From contig JBHLQJ010000001.1 in the NCBI GenBank assembly GCA_048884945.1, forward strand, positions 26,977-67,277: a stretch of DNA of 40,301 nucleotides, given 5' to 3'. Origin of the DNA: Candidatus Thorarchaeota archaeon. GTDB taxonomy: Archaea; Asgardarchaeota; Thorarchaeia; Thorarchaeales; Thorarchaeaceae. Positions within the stretch are counted from its first letter, which is position 1. Each line of letters starts with the position of its first letter. The notes under the pieces were generated by a model. That model did no database searches and was not told where the DNA came from. It saw nothing but the letters and a program-made list of their open reading frames with translations. A program made the translations under genes and the position numbers. Positions 1-9,459 of this stretch are shown piece after piece.

Positions 1-3000
1 GCAAATCAAATTGATGAAATTCTAAGAAGAGAAGCTACTAGAGCAGAAGCAATTCTTTTGTCCTCCTTAAATAATGTCGAATTGAAACTTCTGGAAGGGG
101 AGTCACTGCAAGAGGCTATTTTGACTAATATGGAGGACGTTTATATTGATTCTCAGAATCTTGTTAGTAAAAAGGGAAATCACTCTCTAAAAGTGATATC
201 TTTTCAGGGATTACCTCGAATATTCCCTACTCAAGAAACCTCTCAGATTGGTACTTTCATTTCAACAGCTATTAAACAAGAATATACAACAAGTATGACA
301 TGTGTTTTTTCTGCAGCTACACCAGGAAAAGAAAAACGTGTTCTGGAGAGTCAGTGGAAACATATTCAAACTAAAGAAAAGCGAAATGAAGAATCACTTA
401 AGGATTATACTGCAAAAAAGAAGCTTTTAGCCCGCTATGAGGAAATTCATGATAAGGCAGGTTGGTTTGATACTTCAGTATATTTCAAGATAATTATACC
501 AATTGATAGACACATAGATACTCACGTAGATGGAGTTAATGGATTAGTCTATTCAATATGGGGTAATGGAAACTCTATCAAACTTATTCATAAAAAAATA
601 TCAAGACGGACAATATTTAGAGTATTAACTCGTCGCCATCTTAAACGTAGACGGATGCACACAGCTCAACTATCATCTTTCGTAAACACACCAATTCAGC
701 AGTTACCAGTTATCACTCCAAAACAAACAGCAGTTTTCCCAGTTCCTAAAAAAGGATTGATAGATAATGAACTAGTTATCGGAAAAGCAGTTTTTGGGGG
801 GCGTTTATTATCTGATGTGGGTCTTGAAATTAATTGGCTAAGAGAACATGTGGCAATTCTGGGAGCAACTGGTACTGGAAAAACAACAGTTGTAAAGCAT
901 CTTATGGCTCAATTAAGTGAAAAGACAAACGTGCCTTGGTGGATATTTGATGTTAAAGGATCTGAGTATCTTGATCTTGTTGGTCGTGGTGAATCAGATG
1001 TTCTCGTTTTAAAACCAGGCTTTGATGTTTCTTTTGTGACTAATCTTATTGATACAGAAATGAAAGACGATGAAAGTTATGCCCATTCTACATTTGTAAT
1101 ATTAAGAGAGCTGCTGAATGAAAGAGGGGATTCTTCTGAGCTTTCTCCAGCTATGGAAAAATTGCTTCGAGATTCCATAATGAGAGTCTTAGATACACTG
1201 GATGAAGGAAATTCAGTTCAGTTTCTAATTAGTAAGATAATGGAACTGTCGGGGAATGATCGTACAGGAATTATGACCAGAGATGCTTTGCTCAATCGTC
1301 TTGAGATATTAACTCGTGAACCATTGGGTTCTATCCTAAAGGGAGGACCTAAAACCGTTCAATTTTCGGATTTGATAAGCAAACGTGTTATTTTTGATCT
1401 CTCATATGTTGCAAGAATTGGAGGAATGGATTCCGCGAGACTGCTTTACAATCTTATTGCAAAACGAATTTTTGACAGTGCAATGAAGAGAGGAATTTCA
1501 GAAGATTTGTGTCATATAGTTGTGTTAGAAGAAGCTAGTAATCTTGTCCCTGAGAGTTACACAAGACAATCTGCTGCGGATATAACAACTGGTGAATCTA
1601 TGGTAATGTTACAACGAGCAACTGGACAAGGAGTCCTTGTTATATCGACAAGACCAAATATTTCCTCGAACATTTTAGCGAATACTGCAACTAAAATCGT
1701 ATTTCGTTTGCCGTATGATAGTCAAATTGGCGGAAGATTTCTTTCCTTGAGTGATAGTCAGGAACAATATCTTAGGACATTGAAACGTGGCAGAGCATTG
1801 ATGAGCATACCTCACACTGAAACGTTTGAGATTGCAACAAGACCATTCCCTGAAGTTTTAGAACAACAAGAAAAAATAACACATATCGAAAAGGATTCAA
1901 TTCCAATTGTTGAAAGTTCTAAGACAAACAAGATAGAGGAAGATGTTAAAAGCTTAGATTTGCTGGATTCTAGTGAAGAAGTTGTTGAACAAACCCTTGT
2001 TTTTAATAGAACTGATCGATTAGGTAGTCATGTCATTGCTTTTTTGGCTGCAGAAAGATGGGCAACGGAAGAAGAAATCAGGAATCTTATTGCTATACTG
2101 GATTCTAGTATTGTTGATGATGATATTTCAGAAGTGATTCGTAATCTTGTTTCACTAGGTAGTGTGGAAAGAGAAGCTCTACCACTTGTTAATGGAGGGT
2201 TTGTATTTGCTCTTCCAGGACAAGTCTTGATAGCTGTCAGGCATGTGATTATTGAGTATATATCTGGAAAACTGGGACTCGAGTATAATTCTTCCAAGAT
2301 TTCTGAGAATTCTGATTTACCAGACATTATCTTTGGAAATAAAGCTGTAGTAATTATTCCTGAACATCTAAGGGCATCATCATTAAATTTAGCATTAGAG
2401 AAAATACGTAATCACATGAGCAAACTTCAGAACAGTGTAAGCGAACTATTTGTCGTTGTAAGAGGCAGTGTAGCTGCTGCAAAACTAAGAGAATTGATGG
2501 ATTTGTCTGAGGAATTTAATGATGTTAGTGTAGTTTCAGCATTTCCTAGGTTTCTGGATTCACTGATTGAAAGTTTGACACACGAGTCTGATATATCAAA
2601 AGAACCCTCGGATCAAGCTTATCTAACTAATACAACTGATGTTGATGAAGAAGTAGATTTGATTGGAGCAATGCATGATATTGGATCCGCAACAAACAGA
2701 GCTATACAGATTCGATTATGGTTCGGTCTAATTCAGGATTTAGTAGACATATCTAATGGTCAAGTTAAATGGGAAGAATTGTTAGAGTTCATCGAAACTA
2801 CAGCTCTTCAGTCTCTAAAAGGAAGATCAGCACCATTGAACAGTGAAGAGGGAAAACGTGCTCTTACAGAGCTATTGGCAGATGAGGTTTTAATTGCCTT
2901 ACGTGTTAACGAAAAGTCACAGTTTGTTGAGCTCACTGAAGGCCTCTGGCTTGTAAATTCATCAGTATTGAAAAGCTTGAAAGAAAAAGCTGTTGTAATC

Positions 3001-3276
3001 ATTGAGAGAGAATTGAGTAAACATCACTCTTCGGTTTCGAAAAATCATGGATACTATGATCTTTGTGCAGGCAACACTTCGTACGTCATCTTTCCGAATC
3101 AGCAACAATTGAATACACTTCTTCATTTACATAGTGATATAGCATGTAGGAATTGTAGATCAACAAAAGTCATGTGCATCTTAACTGCATCAGAATATCT
3201 TGAAGATAGTGTAACAACACCAAGTAACCTAATTGTAAAAACAATTGATGATAATTTATCCGCTTTAGCAATTTGA
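1..3276 (+). CDS. HerA/FtsK-superfamily P-loop ATPase (DUF87-like), >1072 aa, probably 5'-partial at window edge
   Basis: Frame 1 is open from nt 1, with no stop before the TTG at 58, so the gene likely starts upstream of the window. It has Walker A 'ILGATGTGKTT', Walker B 'HIVVLEEASNL' and a 'VLVISTRPN...TKIVFRL' block typical of HerA-type translocases. The ~470-aa C-terminal extension contains winged-helix-like segments. Confidence 0.6.
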   Translation, partial: ANQIDEILRREATRAEAILLSSLNNVELKLLEGESLQEAILTNMEDVYIDSQNLVSKKGNHSLKVISFQGLPRIFPTQETSQIGTFISTAIKQEYTTSMTCVFSAATPGKEKRVLESQWKHIQTKEKRNEESLKDYTAKKKLLARYEEIHDKAGWFDTSVYFKIIIPIDRHIDTHVDGVNGLVYSIWGNGNSIKLIHKKISRRTIFRVLTRRHLKRRRMHTAQLSSFVNTPIQQLPVITPKQTAVFPVPKKGLIDNELVIGKAVFGGRLLSDVGLEINWLREHVAILGATGTGKTTVVKHLMAQLSEKTNVPWWIFDVKGSEYLDLVGRGESDVLVLKPGFDVSFVTNLIDTEMKDDESYAHSTFVILRELLNERGDSSELSPAMEKLLRDSIMRVLDTLDEGNSVQFLISKIMELSGNDRTGIMTRDALLNRLEILTREPLGSILKGGPKTVQFSDLISKRVIFDLSYVARIGGMDSARLLYNLIAKRIFDSAMKRGISEDLCHIVVLEEASNLVPESYTRQSAADITTGESMVMLQRATGQGVLVISTRPNISSNILANTATKIVFRLPYDSQIGGRFLSLSDSQEQYLRTLKRGRALMSIPHTETFEIATRPFPEVLEQQEKITHIEKDSIPIVESSKTNKIEEDVKSLDLLDSSEEVVEQTLVFNRTDRLGSHVIAFLAAERWATEEEIRNLIAILDSSIVDDDISEVIRNLVSLGSVEREALPLVNGGFVFALPGQVLIAVRHVIIEYISGKLGLEYNSSKISENSDLPDIIFGNKAVVIIPEHLRASSLNLALEKIRNHMSKLQNSVSELFVVVRGSVAAAKLRELMDLSEEFNDVSVVSAFPRFLDSLIESLTHESDISKEPSDQAYLTNTTDVDEEVDLIGAMHDIGSATNRAIQIRLWFGLIQDLVDISNGQVKWEELLEFIETTALQSLKGRSAPLNSEEGKRALTELLADEVLIALRVNEKSQFVELTEGLWLVNSSVLKSLKEKAVVIIERELSKHHSSVSKNHGYYDLCAGNTSYVIFPNQQQLNTLLHLHSDIACRNCRSTKVMCILTASEYLEDSVTTPSNLIVKTIDDNLSALAI

Positions 3277-3277
3277 A

Positions 3278-4081
3278 CTATGGTTGAATCCTTGTGCAAA
3301 TTGTTGATTCATTTTGCAACAGAGATTTCAGACGATTAGGGATTGTCAGATTGAAAATAATGATTTCTCTATCAGGTCTTGTAATTTCAAGGAGCTCGCT
3401 TACTTTTTTTGTCATTCCCCCAGTAACATCGGTACTTATTGATGGTCCTACTTTAGATAGAACAACCTTCTTGTTTTCTTGGTTTATTATAGGAATATGT
3501 TTGGCTGATGGGTTATCTTTTGGATTATCGTCTAAAACTCCATCAACGTCAGTCCCAATAAGTATGGATTTCGCATTCAATTGCTCTGCAAGGTATACTG
3601 CTATTGTATCACCACTAAGAATAGACGCAGTGTGAACTTCATCAAAGCAAACATCTCCGTGGGTTACTACAACAAGTCCATTATCCAATGACTTTCTAAA
3701 GATAGTAGTTGGAAATTCATGTATCAGACCATTTCTGAGGATTACTGAACAGAATGGTGGAAGTACAATAGCCGGGATTCCTACTTTGTTTAGAATAGAT
3801 TCAATATATGTTGCTAGTGTTGACATATTGTGACGTATTGGTGGAATACCTTTCAAGAGAAGTTCTTTGGGACTTTTAGAGTCAGCAAACCCATAAAGAT
3901 GAGCGGCTTGGTGACCATGGGCACCACCGCCTAGAACAATGATTAACTCTCCTCTATAGTCTTGGAGTTCATGAGCAATTCGGTCTAAGTTTGCTTCATT
4001 AACTCTTGGAGGAGATGAAGATTTGTAGGTTATAACTGATCCACCTAATTTTACAATTGTAAGAGATTTCAATTGTATCAC
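3278..4081 (-). CDS. ipk: isopentenyl phosphate kinase (amino-acid-kinase fold, archaeal mevalonate pathway)
   Basis: The motifs 'KLGGSVIT', 'GGGAHGH', 'GTDVDGV' and 'DVTGGM' match archaeal IPK. The protein is 267 aa and convergent with the ATPase gene. Confidence 0.8.
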   Translation of the reverse strand: MIQLKSLTIVKLGGSVITYKSSSPPRVNEANLDRIAHELQDYRGELIIVLGGGAHGHQAAHLYGFADSKSPKELLLKGIPPIRHNMSTLATYIESILNKVGIPAIVLPPFCSVILRNGLIHEFPTTIFRKSLDNGLVVVTHGDVCFDEVHTASILSGDTIAVYLAEQLNAKSILIGTDVDGVLDDNPKDNPSAKHIPIINQENKKVVLSKVGPSISTDVTGGMTKKVSELLEITRPDREIIIFNLTIPNRLKSLLQNESTICTRIQP

Positions 4082-4215
4082 ATATATCAGGGGATATGTG
4101 GTGCTTATGGACGTTGCTTTCTTTCGATGTAAAATATGTCACACACAAGACAAGCTTTTTATCCGGTTCAGATTTGGAAGCTTTGGACACCTCGCCTGTA
4201 TTGAGGGATTCTTAA

Positions 4216-4527
4216 ATGACACAAAGAGCAAGAATCAGATTATCTAGCACAAGTACTGAACACCTAGATGGTGTGTGTAACCAAATTAAGAGAATTACAC
4301 GCAAGACGGGTGTCCGAATGGCAGGTCCTATTCCTTTGCCAACACGTAGAATGGTTATACCTACAAGAAAGACTCCTTGTGGTCAAGGCTCCGAGTCTTG
4401 GGATAAGTGGGAGATGAGAGTCCACAAACGACTAATCGATATTGATGCAGATGAAAGAGCCATTCGTCAAATAATGCGTGTACGAATTCCAGACTCTGTA
4501 TATATTGAAATTGAATTAACTGGTTAA
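4216..4527 (+). CDS. rps10: 30S ribosomal protein uS10
   Basis: The 103-aa protein has 'ARIRLSS...LD.VC.QI' and 'GPIPLPTR...HKRLIDI' as in S10. Confidence 0.9.
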   Translation: MTQRARIRLSSTSTEHLDGVCNQIKRITRKTGVRMAGPIPLPTRRMVIPTRKTPCGQGSESWDKWEMRVHKRLIDIDADERAIRQIMRVRIPDSVYIEIELTG

Positions 4528-4597
4528 TTTTCACTTACACAAACCCTTTTTGCGCGATTCTACAAGATACTTCTATTGCACATGAGGTATCTCAGAG

Positions 4598-6421
4598 ATG
4601 TGTGGTATAATTGCTGTAGTACAAGAACGTGGTACTGTTGCTCCATTCCTGCATCAAGCGTTAAAGCGTCTTGAATATCGTGGGTATGATTCAGTTGGAG
4701 TGACAACCATTGCTAATAATGTGCTATATACAAAAAAAGACAAGGGAAAGATTGAGGAAGTTCACAAAAGACTCAATCTTGATGAAATGCCAGGACTAAT
4801 TGGAATTGGGCATACTCGATGGGCTACTCATGGTGCTCCATCTATGATAAATGCACATCCACATTTTGATTGTGAAAATAAAATCGCGGTCGTTCACAAT
4901 GGAGTAATTGATAATTTTATGGAGTTAAGAAAAGAGCTGAGCGAAAAAGGGCATAGATTCAGTTCTGAAACTGATACGGAAATTATCCCACATATGATTG
5001 AGGATTTCATGAAAGATGGATTGGATTTAACAGGTGCTATCAAGGAAGTCACTAAACGAATTGAAGGAACATATGCCATCGTGGCTATGGCAACTAATGA
5101 AGGCAATAAGATTGTATGTACACGTGATGGGAACCCTTTAGTCATAGGAACAAAGTCTGGAGCTTCGTATGTTTCTTCTGATATTCCTGCATTTTTACCA
5201 ATGACTAATGATATGATTCTCCTGCTTGATGGAGAGATTGCTAGCTTAACAACTGAAGGTATTTGTATTGAAAGATTGATTGATGGCGCGACTATAGATC
5301 GTGAAACGATTAAGATTAGTTGGACAGCCGATCAGGCACAGAAAAGTGGATACCCCCATTTTATGTTAAAAGAAATACATGAACAGCCTGATGCTATTAA
5401 AAACACACTTAGACTTCGGTCAGAAAATATTGAGAAAGCTGCAGGCATAATCAAAAATTCTGAAAATGTGTATATGTTAGCAATGGGTACCTCTGGACAT
5501 GCTGCCCAGGCTGGGCGACATATGTTTGCATCACTTGCAGGTGTACTCCCATCTTTTGAACTAGCTAGTGATTTTCCAGATACAGTATATGGTGCGTTGT
5601 CAGAAAGGGATTGTATTATTGCAATCACACAATCAGGTGAAACAACTGATACTATTACTGCAGTTAAATATGCGAAAAAGTATGGAGTAAAGATAATTGC
5701 AATCACTAATGTTGTTGGAAGCTCGATAACTCGTCTTGCGGATCATACAGTCATTACACAGGCTGGACCAGAGATTGGTGTCGCTGCAACAAAAACCTTC
5801 ATGGTTCAACTTACTTCTTTAGCTTTGATTGCTTTGGCACTTGCTGAAATGACAAATTTCAGAGAATCTAGAGAAATTAAAAGAAAGAGAGATTCCTTGG
5901 AGAAATTACCTGAACTTATCTCAGAAGTCATCTCAAGAAATGAGGAAAGGTCTCGAAGACTAGCTTCAATACTTTATGAAAGACCAAGTCTTCTTTTCTT
6001 GGGCAGAGGTATTTCAATGGCTACCGCTGAAGAAGGAGCACTCAAGCTTAAAGAAGTGGCATACAATCATGCAGAAGCATATTCTGCAGGGGAATCGAAA
6101 CATGGCCCCATCGCACTAGTTCAGGATAATTATCCTGTCATATTTGTGGCTCCGTCTGATGAAACTAGAAATCGTATTGTTGGTAATATTATGGAAATGA
6201 AGGCAAGAGGTGCAACAATCATATCTGTGATTCAAAAAGATGACGAAGAAATTATGGGTTTATCTGATTATGTTTTTATAATTCCGGAAAGATTAGAACC
6301 TGAATTTTCTATAATGTCATATATTGTACCCTTGCAGTTGTTCAGTTATTATATGGCTTTGAGAAAAGGATACGATCCAGACAAGCCAAGGAACTTAGCA
6401 AAGTCAGTCACAGTTCTTTAG
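4598..6421 (+). CDS. glmS: glutamine--fructose-6-phosphate aminotransferase (isomerizing)
   Basis: It has an N-terminal 'MCGI' Ntn-amidotransferase nucleophile, two SIS domains and a C-terminal 'KPRNLAKSVTV'. Length is 607 aa. Confidence 0.9.
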   Translation: MCGIIAVVQERGTVAPFLHQALKRLEYRGYDSVGVTTIANNVLYTKKDKGKIEEVHKRLNLDEMPGLIGIGHTRWATHGAPSMINAHPHFDCENKIAVVHNGVIDNFMELRKELSEKGHRFSSETDTEIIPHMIEDFMKDGLDLTGAIKEVTKRIEGTYAIVAMATNEGNKIVCTRDGNPLVIGTKSGASYVSSDIPAFLPMTNDMILLLDGEIASLTTEGICIERLIDGATIDRETIKISWTADQAQKSGYPHFMLKEIHEQPDAIKNTLRLRSENIEKAAGIIKNSENVYMLAMGTSGHAAQAGRHMFASLAGVLPSFELASDFPDTVYGALSERDCIIAITQSGETTDTITAVKYAKKYGVKIIAITNVVGSSITRLADHTVITQAGPEIGVAATKTFMVQLTSLALIALALAEMTNFRESREIKRKRDSLEKLPELISEVISRNEERSRRLASILYERPSLLFLGRGISMATAEEGALKLKEVAYNHAEAYSAGESKHGPIALVQDNYPVIFVAPSDETRNRIVGNIMEMKARGATIISVIQKDDEEIMGLSDYVFIIPERLEPEFSIMSYIVPLQLFSYYMALRKGYDPDKPRNLAKSVTVL

Positions 6422-6454
6422 GTCTTTAAATTGTATTAATTATCAAGATATTAT

Positions 6455-6715
6455 GTGAAACCGATGTGGCTATTTTCTATTCTCAGTCCACTGACAGATT
6501 TTGCTAATCTAATAGCAAGTTATTTCATAGAGATTTGGGATTTCTTGATTTTTATAGGGAGTATTTCTGCTTTCATGGTTGTCCTAATAGGTGCAATTTT
6601 GTGGTTTACAGGTATCAATGATAAAAGAGGCAAGGGATTGATATTGAGTGGAATTCTTCTAGCGATTGTAATTCAGTATTTTATTTTCTATCCACCTTCA
6701 TTTGCGTTATATTAA
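6455..6715 (+). CDS. small membrane protein with two predicted TM helices, function unknown
   Basis: The 86-aa protein has two long hydrophobic stretches separated by 'NDKRGKG'. It starts at GTG, with an alternative ATG at 6464. Its 3' end overlaps the convergent gene by 9 nt. Confidence 0.4.
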   Translation: MKPMWLFSILSPLTDFANLIASYFIEIWDFLIFIGSISAFMVVLIGAILWFTGINDKRGKGLILSGILLAIVIQYFIFYPPSFALY

Positions 6716-7966
6716 TTCTTCAGAAATAATTATGATAGTATCTGAAAGACGATTTATATCTTCTATTGAGTTATAGGCATGAATTGATGCCTGTATGATT
6801 CCATCATTTGCAATTGATTGAATGAGAGAATGTGCACAGAGAACACCGCTTCTGACAGCAATATTTGATTCATCAAGAAATAATGCTACATCATGACAAT
6901 TAATACCATTTTCAGGATTGAGATTAAATCCGAAAATTGTATTGTTTTCATCAGGTTCGCCATAAATAGTGAGACTATCTATTTCTGTGAGTCTTTGAAT
7001 TAAATAACTTGAAAGTGTTTTGATGTGTTTTTGAAGTCCATTAGCCCAAAGTTTTGTAAGATATTCAATAGATGTGTTCAGACCTGCTATTGCAGGTATG
7101 TTTAGATAACCTGACTCAAACTTATCTGGCTGGAGTGCGAGATCGAACAGACCATCCCTGACATTGGTTACTGAAGTCCCTCCCAATATTCCAGGCTTGT
7201 GAATTTCTCCAATTGATTTATCGATCCATTGGATTGCTAATCCGGGTGGTCCCATCAGACCTATATTTGCTGACAGAACCAGTATATCGGCACCAAGTTT
7301 TGTTAGTTTTTCGTCTGTAAGTCCAGCAGAGCGCGTGGCATCAGTTAGTAGAAGAGCATTTGAATCATGAGCAATTTCAGCAATGGTAGAAATAGGATTA
7401 CATACTCCAATTCCTGGAGAGACATGGCTTACTGCTACTATCCCTGTATTATCATCTACTTTGTTTTCCAACTCTTCAATAACCAAATTTCCTTTTTCGT
7501 CAATCGGTACGATTTCTACATCTAGTTTTAATATCTCAGCTGATCGGATTAATGAAATGAGAATTGAGTTTTCTTCTCCTTGCCCAATCACGATTTTGTT
7601 TTTTCTATTGTTCTTCCAATCAAATCCATAAGCAAATGATGCAACAGTGGTGGGAATTGATTTTTGAAATGAAATCTGAGATTTATCAGTTTCAAGAAAT
7701 GCGGCCAATGATTTTCTAGCTTCTTCAACAATCGAACCGCCTTTCACGGCAAGTCGGTGAGCTCCACGACGTGCAGAAGCTACCACTGAGTTGAGGAAAT
7801 GATTAGTTGCAGATACAGCTTGACGCGGCACGAGAGTAGTACTTGCAGAATCAAAGTAAGCTAAATCAGGATTATTGTCAAATATACCAAAATCATGCTT
7901 TATGTTGAATCCAGCATTCATGATTAGCATTAATGGAATAAGCGACTTTAATACAATGCTATACAT
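6707..7966 (-). CDS. class V aminotransferase / cysteine desulfurase-like protein (atypical active site)
   Basis: It has 'YFDSASTT' and 'VSHVS...GV.NP', and a 'VRSGVLCAHS' Cys loop like SufS/CsdA. The segment aligned to 'SGHK..GP' reads 'SANIGLMGP' and has no Lys. The likely true start is the internal 'MNAGF' at about 7921. Confidence 0.7.
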   Translation of the reverse strand: MYSIVLKSLIPLMLIMNAGFNIKHDFGIFDNNPDLAYFDSASTTLVPRQAVSATNHFLNSVVASARRGAHRLAVKGGSIVEEARKSLAAFLETDKSQISFQKSIPTTVASFAYGFDWKNNRKNKIVIGQGEENSILISLIRSAEILKLDVEIVPIDEKGNLVIEELENKVDDNTGIVAVSHVSPGIGVCNPISTIAEIAHDSNALLLTDATRSAGLTDEKLTKLGADILVLSANIGLMGPPGLAIQWIDKSIGEIHKPGILGGTSVTNVRDGLFDLALQPDKFESGYLNIPAIAGLNTSIEYLTKLWANGLQKHIKTLSSYLIQRLTEIDSLTIYGEPDENNTIFGFNLNPENGINCHDVALFLDESNIAVRSGVLCAHSLIQSIANDGIIQASIHAYNSIEDINRLSDTIIIISEELI

Positions 7967-7974
7967 TTCGCATT

Positions 7975-8982
7975 GTGGTTACAGTGACTAAGAAACTTGT
8001 AGAAGGATATTTCATAGCCACAGTGGACAATCTTATTTTCGAAATTAAAGGTTTAATCCATCCTAAAGACCGCCTTATTGCATACCTTCGTTATATTCCC
8101 GCTAAAAGTGAAACTCCAAATTCAGGTATTGAGTACAAGAAAGTATATGCACTTGATGAGAGAGAAACATATCTCAAAAATAACTTTCCAGTTTATCTTT
8201 GGTTTAGTAAGCTTCATGGAAGAATAGTACAGTCAGTTCCAGTTAATAGAATCAAATCTATATTTGATCCAGTAGATTTTCTAGCAAATCTTCGTGATTC
8301 TTATGAAGAAATTTCTAATCTAGAAAAGGCGTCGGTAAAGCTTGTTGGAGAATTAGTGAAATCAACAGGAGTTAGATGGTCTGATATTGGAGTTACAGGA
8401 TCACAACTTATAGGTGTAGCAAAAGAGAACTCAGATATTGACTTAGTAATTTATGGGGCTGAAGTTTGTAGAAAATTCTATTCAAATTTATCAGAAAATA
8501 TTGCTTCACTTCCGGGTATTGAACGCTATGCAAGACACGTACTTGATAAGCATGTTTCTTTCAGGTGGGGAGAACATAAGAGTTTCAAATCTATCCTTAG
8601 AATAATTGAGCAGGCAAAAATATTGCAAGGATTATTTGAAGGATATCATTTCTTTGTGAGATTAGTAAAAAATCCAAGTGACATTGATTATTCTTTTGAC
8701 GATATTTCATTTCAGATGAAAGGTCAACAATTGATATCGGGTAAAATAGTAGAAAATATTGATTCTATATTCACACCTTGTGAATACCTAGTTGAATGTA
8801 GGGAGTTTCCAGATCTTAGAAAGCTTATCAGTTATCGGGGTCGGTTTACTGAACAGATTTCAAAGGATGCATCTTTTGAAGCTCTAGGAAGACTTGAAAC
8901 AGTCAATAATCATAAAGAAAAGAAACAATACATGCAACTTGTCTTGGGTGAACAGCCTTCAGATTACTTAATTCCGAAATAA
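7975..8982 (+). CDS. predicted nucleotidyltransferase (Pol-beta superfamily, archaeal COG1665-like)
   Basis: It carries the minimal NTase signature 'GVTGSQLIGVAKENSDIDLVIYG'. The N-terminus 'EGYFI.T.DNLIFEIKGLIHP.DR.IAYLRY' resembles the archaeal family. Confidence 0.55.
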   Translation: MVTVTKKLVEGYFIATVDNLIFEIKGLIHPKDRLIAYLRYIPAKSETPNSGIEYKKVYALDERETYLKNNFPVYLWFSKLHGRIVQSVPVNRIKSIFDPVDFLANLRDSYEEISNLEKASVKLVGELVKSTGVRWSDIGVTGSQLIGVAKENSDIDLVIYGAEVCRKFYSNLSENIASLPGIERYARHVLDKHVSFRWGEHKSFKSILRIIEQAKILQGLFEGYHFFVRLVKNPSDIDYSFDDISFQMKGQQLISGKIVENIDSIFTPCEYLVECREFPDLRKLISYRGRFTEQISKDASFEALGRLETVNNHKEKKQYMQLVLGEQPSDYLIPK

Positions 8983-9020
8983 TTGGTTAAGTCTTTCATA
9001 GATTATTCATATTTACATAA

Positions 9021-9437
9021 ATTCACACGCTATATGTGTGAATGGCGCCTTTATTGTGAATGGTCTAGAAAAAGCAGGTTTATCATTGCTTCAATATTAG
9101 AATAGAGCTATGATATGTGTCATGGTGCCTGTGAATAGACACACCCCTTCGTTTCCTGTGGAAACAGGTAAAAAGACATATGAAATATTTATACATTCAT
9201 TCACAAATAGCATAAATTAGTGAATAGTGAAAAGGCTGGAGAATACTGTTTTTTCAAGGAAATAAGGATTCATAAGCCTTTTTTATGGTGAATAAAACCT
9301 GACAGGACGTCAGCACAATAAAATAGAAGCGGACGAGTTCTATATGTGTACAGACACACTATGTAGCTCTTATCTCAATATAGATAATTCACATACTCAC
9401 ACTTATTTGGAATTTCATTCTAATTATTTGTGAATGG
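9021..9437. repeat. array of nine (T)GTGAAT(R)G boxes in both orientations
   Basis: Boxes lie at 9021-28 (rc), 9036-45, 9055-63, 9130-38, 9199-9205 (rc), 9219-27, 9287-95, 9387-93 (rc) and 9429-37. Three are exact TGTGAATGG. Positions 9021-9043 form ATTCACAC-N7-GTGTGAAT. The last box lies ~25 nt upstream of the 9460 start. Confidence 0.6.
9143..9165 (-). promoter_or_regulatory. ORB-like (origin recognition box-like) element
   Basis: The minus strand reads GTTTCCACAGGAAACGAAGGGGT. This is a TCCA-N2-GGAAAC dyad followed by a GGGGT G-string, as in archaeal Orc1/Cdc6 ORB sites recalled from memory. Confidence 0.4.
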
Positions 9438-9459
9438 TTAGATATAGGAGAAGACAAGC

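Noticed and set aside
6455-6715. Two-TM 86-aa protein considered as a VirB2/TrbC-like pilin partner of the HerA/VirB4-like ATPase at 1-3276
   Set aside because: The two are separated by three housekeeping genes on mixed strands (IPK, uS10, GlmS) and no other transfer genes are present. The similarity is only topological.
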